Shown here piece by piece: positions 39,301 through 51,300 of a DNA stretch of 55,909 nt. The DNA comes from an uncultured Chitinophagales bacterium (lineage in GTDB: Bacteria; Bacteroidota; Bacteroidia; Chitinophagales; UBA2359). The stretch lies in contig CAZZIZ010000003.1 in NCBI GenBank assembly GCA_964654535.1, positions 1-55,909 of the forward strand. The letters run 5' to 3'. Position 1 is the first letter of the stretch; the number at the start of each line of letters is the position of its first letter. The translations under genes and the position numbers were made by a program. The notes under the pieces were generated by a model, which worked only from the letters and a program-made list of their open reading frames with translations, ran no database searches and was not told the DNA's origin.

Positions 39301-42300
39301 AATGCGATGGCAACGGAAACCTAGGTGACCTTCAAGCTTGGTTAAACAATAATGGAGGAGCTGATTTCAGTGACGTTTGTAGCGGATCTAGTATTAGTTT
39401 TACGAACAATTACAATCCAAATGGGAATAACGGCGGCAACAACGGTGCTGTCTTTGTCGATTGTAACGGCCTTAGCGTTAATGACCCGAATGCAATTGGA
39501 ATTGGTGGCTCTGTTTTAGTAACCTTTACTGGTTCAGATGAATGTGGTAACTCATTTGACACGCAAGCAACATTTACTATAGAAGATACAATACCTCCGT
39601 CAATTGATACAGAGGCACAAGACCTAACAGTTGAATGTGACGGTGAAGGAAATCTTGATGATTTGGCTGCATTCCTTGCTTCAAATGGAGGTGCGTCAGC
39701 ATCAGACATTTGTTCAGGCTTAGATTCTGATGGCAATGGAAATATTACTTGGACCAACGACTTTAATCCAGGTGACCTTGTTTATGATTGCGGTTCAGCA
39801 GGTGATGTTCTTGTAACTTTCACAGCGACAGACAACTGTGGAAACGCTTCAAATACTCAAGCTACTTTTACAATAGAAGACGATACTCCTCCAACTATTG
39901 ATACACAAGCACAAGATGTAACAGTTGAATGTGATGGAAGTGGAAACACTTCTGACTTAGCAGACTTCCTTAATAGCAATGGTGGAGCAGATGCTTCTGA
40001 TACTTGTTCCGATACTTCATTAGCAGGAACAGGTAATACCGATATTGTCTGGACCAATGATTATAATCCTGCGAATTTTGTTAGAACCTGTGGTGCAGCA
40101 GGAAGCGTTCTTGTAACTTTTACAGCGACTGATGATTGTGGAAACACATCTGACTCACCAGCAACTTTCACAATTGTAGATACAATTGATCCAAGCATTG
40201 ATTCACAACCTCAAGACATTACAGTCGAATGCGATGGCTCTGGCAACACAACTGAACTCAACAACTGGTTGAATAACAATGGTGGAGCTACGGCAAGCGA
40301 CGTTTGTAGTATGAACAGCGATATAGTTTGGAGTCACGATTTCACTCCGGGAACCTTCCCATTTACTTGTGGAGCTTCTGGAAGTTTACTAGTTACTTTT
40401 ACCGCAACTGATGACTGTGGAAATGACACAAGTGCTCAGGCTACTTTTACTATTGAAGATACCACTGCGCCATTTATAGATGGAAACGGCGCATTAGATT
40501 TGACAGTTGAGTGCGACGGTAACGGAAACGTTGGTGAGCTTCAATCATTTTTAAACAGTAACGGAGGAGCCGATATTGATGATCTTTGTAGCGGTTCGAA
40601 TTTAGTATGGACCAATAACTACAACCCGAATGGTAACAATGGTGGAAACAACGGTGCTGTATTCTTTGATTGTAACGGACTAAGTGTAGACAACCCTAAT
40701 GCCATCGGTATAGGCGGATCGGTTCTCGTAACATTTACCGCTACTGATGATTGCGGAAACTCTTTCGACACTGAGGCGACCTTTACTATTGAAGACTCTA
40801 CTCCACCTTCTATCGACACAGACGCTCAGGACTTGACAGTTCAGTGTGACGGTGAAGGGAACCTTGATGACCTAGCAGCATTCCTTGCTTCAAATGGTGG
40901 TGCCTCGGCATCAGATATTTGTTCAGGTCTTGATAGCGACGGAAGTGGAAACGTAACTTGGAGTAACGATTTTAACCCTGGAGATCTAGTCTACGACTGT
41001 GGTTCAGCAGGAGAGGTTCTCGTAACTTTTACGGCAACTGACAACTGCGGAAATGCTTCCGATACACAAGCAACATTTACAATAGAAGACGATACTGCTC
41101 CAACTATTGATACGGAAGCACAAGATGTAACAGTAGAATGTGATGGAAACGGAAACCAATCAGATTTAGCTGACTTTTTAAACAATAACGGAGGAGCAAA
41201 TGCTTCTGACCTATGTTCAGACACTTCATTAGCTGGAACTGGCAACACCGATATTGTTTGGACAAATGATTACAACCCGAACAACTTCAATATTACCTGT
41301 GGTGCTGCAGGAAGTGTTCTTGTAACATTCACTGCTACAGACGATTGTGGCAACACATCAGACACTGAAGCTACTTTCACAATAAGAGATACAATTGACC
41401 CAGTAATTGATGGTGCAGGAGCATCTGACTTAACAGTTGAGTGTGACGGAAACGGAAATACTGGCGACCTTCAAAGCTTCTTAGACTCTAATGGCGGTGC
41501 TACTGCATCGGACGTATGTTCTGGTTCAGATATAGTTTGGACCAATAATTTAGAAGACGGAACAGGCGGATCTAACGGAGTTGGCGTTGTCTACTTCGAT
41601 TGCGATGGTTTAGAAATCAATGATCCTAATGAGCTTACAGCTGGAGGAGCTTTGACAGTAATTTTCACCGCAACGGATGACTGTGGCAACAGCACTAACA
41701 CTGAAGCTACATTTACAATTGAAGACACCACTCCTCCATCAATTGATGGGGAGGCACAAGACTTAACCGTCGAATGTGATGGTGAAGGCAACTTAAGTGA
41801 CCTGCAAGATTTCTTAAATAACAATGGCGGTGCTTCTGCATCTGACATTTGTTCTGGACTAGATTCTGGCGCTGACGCGGGAGTTGTTTGGACAAACGAC
41901 TTTAACCCTGGAGATTTAGTTTACGATTGCGGATTCGCCGGAGATGTTCTTGTGACCTTTACAGCAACAGACAACTGTGGTAACAGCTCAGATACAGAAG
42001 CGACCTTTACTATAGAAGATAGCAATGGACCTACTATTGACGCTGAAGCAACAGACGTGACTGTTGAATGCGATGGCAATGGAAATGCAGACGACTTAGC
42101 AAATTTCCTAAATAGCAATGGTGGAGCTTCAGCTTCCGATGAATGCTCTAACTCTGACGCAGGAGGCAATGGAACAGACGATATCGTTTGGACCAACGAC
42201 TATGTGCCAGGTGCACTAGTCTTTGATTGCGGTGCAGCAGGTTCAATCCTTGTCACCTTTACTGCAACGGACGAGTGTGGAAACTCTACAGATACTCAAG

Positions 42301-45300
42301 CGACATTTACAATTGAAGACACAATTGATCCGGTAATAGACGGAAATGGTGCACAAGACCTCACAGTAGAATGTGATGGTAACGGTAACCTTGGTGAACT
42401 TCAAACATACCTGGACAACAACGGTGGTGCAACTGCTAGTGATATTTGTTCAGGATCGAATGTTACTTGGACGCACGACTACAACCCCGGAGACTTGGTA
42501 TTTGATTGTGGGGCAGCAGGTGATGCTACCATTACTTTCACCGCAACTGATGATTGCGGAAATTCGTCTACAACTTCAGCAACTTTCACTATAGTAGATA
42601 CCTTATCTCCGGTAATTGACGGACCAGGAGCTCAAGATCTTTCAGTAGAATGCGACGGCAACGGAAACTTCAATGAATTGCAAAGTTGGTTAGGTAATAA
42701 CGGTGGAGCAATAGTGACAGACGAATGCAGTGCTGTTACGTGGAGCAATGATTTTACGGCTCTTTCGGACGACTGCGGAGCTTCAGGTTCAGTAACTGTT
42801 AACTTTACTGCACAAGATGATTGTGGCAACTCAGTAAGCACAAGCGCTACATTTACAATTCGCGATACCGTGTCACCAGTTATTCCTGGTGGTGGAGCTA
42901 CTGATCTAGTAGTTGAGTGCGATGGGGCTGGGAATCAGGCTCAGTTGAATGAGTGGTTGAACAACAATGGAGGCGCAACTGCTACCGACGTGTGTAGCAG
43001 TGTTGTATGGACTCACGATTTTGTAGCAAACAACATAGTTTTTGATTGCGGCGGTGCCGGTGATGCAACTGTTACATTTACTGCGACTGACGATTGTGGA
43101 AACAGTTCAACAACCGAAGCTTCATTTATAATTGAAGATACTAGCAGCCCTGAGTTTACATTAGAAGCTGCAGATTTAACTGTCGAATGTGATGGTTCTG
43201 GTAACGGAACTGATTTACAAAATTGGCTTGCCAGCAACGCAGGTGCACAGGTTATTGAAGATTGCGGAGACGTAGCTTGGACTAACAACTTCTCAGCCCT
43301 ATCGGATGATTGCGGCTCATCTGGAAGTGTTAGCGTTACATTCACTGCAACAGATGATTGCGGAAATGCCTCTACTACTTCAGGAGTATTTACTATTGTC
43401 GATACTACCCTGCCTACTATCACAGTATCTCCGACAGATTTAACTGTTGAATGTGATGGAGACGGCAATCTAACCGAACTGAACAACTGGTTAAACAATA
43501 ATGGAGGAGCTAGTGCTTCAGATATTTGCGGTCAGGTTGTTTGGTCAAATGACTTTACGCAAAATAGTATACAACTAGACTGTGGAAACTCAGGATCAGC
43601 AACAATAGTCTTTACGGCTACTGACGATTGCGGCAATTCAGTTACAGATTCTGCAACTTTTACCATCCAAGATTCTTCAAACCCAGTGATTAGTGCGAAT
43701 GCAAACAATGTAACCGTTGAATGCGACGGTGCAGGAAATGCAAGTGACCTACAAAATTGGTTAAACAACAACGGCGGTGCAAGTGCATCGGATGATTGTA
43801 GTGATGTTACTTGGACTAACGACTTTACGGCGCTCTCTGATGATTGCGGTGCAAGTGGTAGTATCCAAGTTACTTTTACAGCGAGTGATGATTGTGGTAA
43901 TTCAACTAGTACTACTGGAGTATTTACAATAGAAGATACTACTGAGCCTACAATTCAAGGGCCTGGTGCACAAGACCTTACTGTCGAATGTGATGGTAAT
44001 GGAAACACCGCTCAATTAAACGAATGGTTAAACAACAATGGTGGTGCTACCGCTACTGATATTTGTGGTGCCATTGTCTGGAGCAACGATTATCAGCCAG
44101 CGAATACAATAACTGATTGTGGAGAAGCTGGCGACGTAACTGTTGTCTTTACTGCTACTGATGATTGTGGAAACAGCTCTAATACTTCAGCTATCTTCTC
44201 AATTGTAGATACGAGTAGCCCAGAATTCACGACAGAGGCAAGTGACCTTACTGTTGAGTGCGATGGTTCTGGAAACTTTAGCGATTTGCAAACTTGGTTA
44301 AGCAACAATGGAGGTGCAACTGTTATCGAGGATTGCGGAAATGTAATCTGGTCTAACGATTTTAGTGCTCTCTCAGATGACTGTGGAGCTTCTGGAAGTG
44401 TTCAGGTAATATTTACAGCAACCGATGATTGCGGAAACAGCGATACAAGCACTGGAGTGTTTAGTATTACAGATACTACTGACCCAACTATTGATACTCA
44501 AGCTTCGGATATAACTTTCGAATGTGACGGTAACGGAAATCAGGATGAAATCAATGCTTGGTTAAACTCAAATGGCGGTGCAGCAGCTACAGATATATGT
44601 GGATCTATTTCTTGGTCAAATGATTTTGACTCAAACCTAATTGAACTTGATTGTGGCAATGCCGGAACAGCACAAGTAACATTTACAGCTACTGACGCTT
44701 GCGGAAATGCAAGTACTTCTCTTGCAACGCTTACAATCTCTGATACAAACGCTCCGCAAATTTCTGTTAATGCTTTAGACGCAACTGCAGAATGCGACGG
44801 TGCTGGAAACTTCACTGAACTTTCTGCTTGGTTAAACAATAATGGTGGCGCTTCTGCGTCAGACGATTGCGGCGATGTAGTTTGGTCTAATGACTTTAGC
44901 GCTCTTTCGGACGATTGCGGTGCTACAGGAAGTGTTCAAGTTACCTTTACAGCTACTGATGATTGTGGAAATGCTGCTAGTACTTCAGGCACATTCACAA
45001 TTCAAGATACTACTCCACCAACAGTTTCTCAGCAAGCTGCTCCTATTACACTTGAATGTGATGGCGCAGGTAATACTGCTGAAGTTCAAGCTTGGCTGAA
45101 CGATAATGGCGGAGCTGTTGTAACTGATATTTGTAGTACAGTAGTTTGGACAAATGATTTTGACGGAAACATCACTGTTGATTGCGGAGCTAGTGGATCA
45201 ACTACAGTAACCTTTACAGCTACTGATGCTTGCGGAAACGTAATTACCTCTATAGCTATTTTAACAATAGAGGATACAACTAGCCCAACTGTAACTATCG

Positions 45301-48300
45301 AAGCTGCTGATGCAACGGTAGAATGTGACGGTGCCGGAAACTTCAATGACCTTCAAGTGTGGCTAAACAACAACGGTGGTGCAGCTGTAGCTGACGACTG
45401 TAGCGACGTTGTTTGGACCAATGACTTTAGCGCATTAAGCGATGAATGTGGTGCGACGGGTAGCGTAAGTGTTTCATTTACTGCTACTGACGATTGTGGA
45501 AACACAACTTCCACAGATGCGACTTTCTCCATAACTGATACATCTGCTCCTTCGATTGACGTTCAAAGTTCTGACCTCACTATAGAATGTGACGGAAATG
45601 GAAATGAATCTGAAATTAACGCTTGGTTAAATTCTAATGGAGGTGCAGCTTCTACTGACATTTGTGGTGCTGTAGCTTGGACCAATGATTTCGACGCTAA
45701 CCTTATACAACTCGATTGCGGAAACGCTGGTTCTGCTCAGGTTACATTTACGGCTACAGATGCTTGTGGAAATGCTAGCACTTCGGTTTCAACTATTACA
45801 ATTGCTGACACAAGTGCTCCGCAAATAACAGTAACTGCACAAGATGCAACTGTTGAATGCGACGGTGCTGGAAACATAGATGATCTTGCCACTTGGCTAA
45901 ATAGCAACGGCGGTGCTGCAGCGGCAGATGATTGTAGCGACGTAGTTTGGTCGAATGACTTTAGCGCTTTATCTGATGATTGCGGTGCAACAGGAAGTGT
46001 TCAAGTAACTTTCACAGCTACCGATGATTGTGGAAATGCTGAAAGCACAACTGGTACATTCACAATTCAAGATACTACTCCACCATCTCTTACTGAGCAA
46101 GCTGCTCCGATTACACTTGAGTGTGACGGTGCGGGTAACACTGCTGAAGTTCAAGCTTGGCTAAACGATAATGGAGGTGCTGTTGTAACTGACCTTTGTA
46201 GCACAGTAATTTGGACGAACGACTTTGATGGAAACATCACTGCTGATTGTGGTAATAGTGGTTCTGCGACAGTTAACTTTACGGCAACTGACGCTTGTGG
46301 AAACGTAATTACTTCTACTACAACTCTTACAATTGAAGATACAACTAGTCCTACTGTAACTATCGAAGCTGCTGATGCAACTGTTGAATGTGACGGTGCT
46401 GGAAACTTTAACGACCTTCAAGCTTGGTTAAACAATAACGGTGGTGCAGCTGTAGCTGACGACTGTAGTAATGTTGTTTGGACCAACGACTTCAGTGCAC
46501 TAAGCGATGAGTGTGGTGCAACTGGTAGTGTAAGTGTTTCATTTACTGCAACTGACGATTGTGGAAACGCAACTTCAACGGATGCGATTTTCTCTATAAC
46601 CGATTCCTCTGCTCCATCTATTGATGTTCAAAGTTCTGATCTTACGTTAGAATGTGACGGTAACGGAAATGAAGCTGAGATCAATGCGTGGTTGAACTCG
46701 AATGGTGGAGCCGCTTCTACTGACCTTTGTGGTGCAGTAGCCTGGACTAATGATTTCGATGCCAACCTTATCCAAATTGATTGTGGCAATGCTGGTTCAG
46801 CTCAGGTTACATTTACGGCTACTGATGCTTGTGGAAATGCAAGCACTTCAGTTGCTACGGTAACTATCGCTGATACAAGCGCTCCACAAATAACTATAAG
46901 TGCTGAAAACACTACTGTTGAATGCGACGGTGCAGGAAACATAGACGACCTTACTATTTGGTTGAATAGCAATGGCGGCGCTGCGGCTGCAGATAACTGT
47001 AGCGACGTAGTATGGTCGAATGACTTTAGTGCTCTCTCTGATGATTGCGGCGCAACAGGAAGTGTACAAGTAACTTTCACAGCTACTGATGATTGTGGAA
47101 ATGCTGAAAGCACAACTGGTACTTTCACAATTCAGGATACTACTCCACCATCTCTTACTCAGCAAGCTGCTCCAATCACACTTGAATGTGACGGTGCAGG
47201 TAATACTGCTGAAGTTCAAGCTTGGCTTAACAATAATGGTGGAGCTGTTGTAACTGATCTATGTAGCACAGTAATTTGGACGAATGACTTTGATGGAAAC
47301 ATCACGGCTGATTGCGGTAATAGTGGATCAAGTACAGTTACCTTTACTGCTACTGACGCTTGTGGAAACGTAATTACTTCTTCTGCTGATTTAGTAATTG
47401 AAGACACAACTAGCCCAACTGTAACTATCGAAGCTGCTGATGCAATTGTTGAATGTGACGGTTCTGGAAATGCTGGCGACCTTCAAGCTTGGCTAAATAA
47501 CAACGGTGGTGCAGCTGTAGCTGACGATTGTAGCAATGTTGTTTGGACCAACGACTTCAGCGCATTAAGCGATGAGTGCGGTGCGACGGGTAGCGTAAGT
47601 GTTTCATTCACTGCCACTGATGACTGCGGAAATACAAGTTCAACGGATGCAACTTTCACTATAGCTGACACTTCTGCTCCATCAATAGATGTTCAAAGTT
47701 CAGATCTTACATTAGAATGTGACGGTAATGGAAATGAAGCCGAAATCAACGCGTGGTTAAACTCAAATGGCGGCGCAGCTTCTACTGATCTTTGTGGCGC
47801 TATCGCTTGGACTAATGATTACGATGCGAACCTTATCCAACTTGATTGTGGAAATGCAGGTTCTGCTCTAGTTACTTTTACTGCTACTGATGCGTGTGGG
47901 AACACAAACACTACAGAAGCAACACTAACAATTGCTGATACTACGGCTCCTCAATTTACTATCGCTGCATCAGATGCAGTTGTAGAATGCGACGGGGCAG
48001 GAAATGCTGGTGATCTGCAAAACTGGTTGAACAACAACGGTGGTGCAGCAGCGGCTGATAACTGTAGTGAAATAATTTGGTCGAATGACTTTAATGCTCT
48101 TTCAGATGACTGTGGAGCAGCTGGAAGTGTTCAAGTAACTTTTACAGCTACTGACGAATGCGGAAATGCAGAAAGCAGTACAGCAACGTTCACAATAGAG
48201 GATACTACTGCTCCGGTTATAGACCAAGAAGCTGACACATTAACAGTGGAATGCGATGGTGCTGGAAATGAAGCGGAAATACAAAGTTGGTTGAACAATA

Positions 48301-51300
48301 ATGGTAACGCTATAGTTTCAGACTTATGCGGTAGCGTTGTATGGACAAACGACTACAACGGGACGATAAACGCTGATTGTGGTCAAAGTGGAAGCATTAC
48401 TGTGAATTTCACAGCGACAGATGATTGTGGAAATCCAGTTTCAACTACTGGTACAATAATAATAGAAGATACGACGAGCCCAGTATTTACAATTGACGCC
48501 TCTGATGTAACCGTAGAATGTGATGGTTCTGGAAACAGTACTGATTTACAAGCTTGGTTAAACAATAACGGTGGCAGTTCGGTTGCAGACGATTGTGGCG
48601 ATGTGGTTTGGAGCAATGATTTCAATGCGCTTTCTGATGGTTGCGGAGCTTCTGGAAGTGTAGAAGTTACGTTTACAGCTACAGACGATTGCGGAAATTC
48701 TGCTTCAGATTCGGCTGTATTTACTATTGAAGACAATACAGCTCCTATAGTTACAACTGACGCCTCTGATATCATATTAGAATGTGGAGCAGATAATGAA
48801 ACTGCCATCAACAATTGGTTGAACAGTAATGGCGGCGCTGTTGCCAATGATGTTTGCGGTGCGATAGAATGGTCAAATGATTATGATGGATCTTTATCCA
48901 ACATTGTTTGTGGTCAATCTGGAAGCGCTACCGTCACCTTCACTGCAACTGATGCTTGTGGCAACCCTATTGAAACTACGGCAACCTTCACATTAGAAGA
49001 CAATACAGCTCCTACAATTTCAATTGTAGCTTCTGACTTAACTGTTGAATGTGATGGCAATGGCAATACTACTGAATTACAAAACTGGTTGGATAGCAAC
49101 GGTGGCTCGGCTGCCGCAGATAGCTGTGGAGATATAGTTTGGTCTAACGATTTCACTTCTTTAAGTGATGACTGCGGGGCCTCTGGAGAGGTTGAGGTGA
49201 CTTTCACTGCAACTGACGAATGTGGAAACTCCGATTCTTCAAGTGCGACTTTCACAGTTCAGGATAGCGCAATACCTGAAGTAACAAGCGACGCAACAGA
49301 CTTAACTGTTGAATGTAACGATGAAGCTGACGCAGCTATTCAAGTTTGGTTAGATAACAACGGAGGAGCAGTTGCTAGCGATATTTGCAGCAATGTTACT
49401 TGGACCAATGACTTTACCACCGTAAGTGGTGGTTGTGGTAACGCTGGGTCCGCAACTGTGAACTTCACTGCAGCAGATGCATGCGGAAACTTAGTTACAA
49501 CTACTGCAGTACTTACTATAGAAGACACAAGCCCACCATTATTAGTTACGCAAGCAAGTGATCTGGTATCAGAATGCTCTGGACCTCTTGATGAAACTGC
49601 TATTAATGCGTGGTTAGATGATAACGGAGGAGCTGACGCAACTGATGTATGTGGTGACGTTACTTGGTCAAATGACTTTACAGGATTAACCGCTGATTGT
49701 GGTGAAACTGCATTCGCTCTCGTTACTTTCACTGCTACCGATGACTGCGGAAATATTGCAACAACTTCTGCGAATTACATAATCGAAGACACGACTTTAC
49801 CAGACTTTGCAATTAATGCAAACGATATTACTGTTGAATGTGACGGTGCAGGTAACGTTACAGAGCTTCAAGATTGGTTAAACAGTAATGGCGGTTCTTC
49901 AGCTAGTGACCTTTGTAGTAACATTGTTTGGACAAACGACTTCAATGAATTAGACGGTGACTGTGGAGCTTCTGGAAGCGTTGAGGTAACCTTTACGGCT
50001 ACTGATGATTGTGGAAACAGCGCTGAATCAACAGCTACCTTTACAATTGTTGACTCTACTCCACCATCTCTAGACACTGAGGCTAGCGATACTACTGTTA
50101 TTTGTGATGGATCTGGAAATGAAACTGAGCTTAACAACTGGTTAGACAACCAAGGTGGAGCTCAGGTTACTGAACTATGTGGAGACATTACTTGGACTAA
50201 CGATTTTGACGGTTTGTCAATCGAATGTGGAAACACTGGAAGTGCAACAGTAACATTTACTGCAACTGACGAGTGTGGCAATGTTGCAAATACAACAGCT
50301 ACTTTCGGAGTTGAAGACACTTCTGACCCAGTATTCAGCATTGAAGCTGAGGATTTAATTGTAGAATGTGATGGATCTGGCAATGCCGATGACTTCGCAA
50401 CGTGGTTAAATGGTAACGGTGGCGCTGCTGCCGCAGATGACTGTGGTTCAATTGAATGGTCTAATGACTTTAACGGATTAAGTGATGAATGTGGAGAGAC
50501 TGGTTCTGCGACTGTAACTTTTACAGCGACAGACGAGTGTGGCAATAGCTCTAGCTCAACTGCAACGATCGAAATAATCGATACAACTCCTCCAGCAATT
50601 TCAGCCGAAGCAACGAGCCTATTAACTGAATGTGAAGCTGATGGAAACTCTGCTGAACTCGACGCTTGGTTAGACTCAAATGGTGGTGCTACCGCCACTG
50701 ATCTATGTGGATCAGTAACCTGGACACACGATTTCACTACATTAACTGATGGCTGTGGTGCTTCAGGAACAGCTACTGTAACATTTACAGCGACTGACGA
50801 TTGTGGTAACGAATCAAGTACAACTACTGAACTTTCTATTGTTGACAACACGCCTCCATTCTTTATTACTGACGCAGCTCCAATCTCATTGGATTGTACT
50901 GACTTGGAAAACTCAAGTCAATTACAAGCTTGGTTAGATAACAATGGTGGGGCCGTAGCAGAAGATAACTGTGGTACAGTTAGCTGGGCTAATGATTTCA
51001 TTGAAGCTAATGTAAGCTGTGATCCATCTCAAGCTGTAACGGTAACATTCGTTGCAACTGATGATTGTGGAAACTCAGCAATTACAAGTGCTGCTGTTTC
51101 TGTTCTTGATAACGATGCTCCAAGTATTACGCTTGAAGCTGTTGATCAAGTTGTTGAATGTGACGGAAATGGAAACATTAATGAATTACAAGCTTGGTTA
51201 GATAATAATGGTGGTGCAAGTGCTAATGATGCCTGCGGCACTGTCACTTGGTCAAACGACTATGACGGTCAAGTAGACACAAGTTGTGACGCATCGCATA

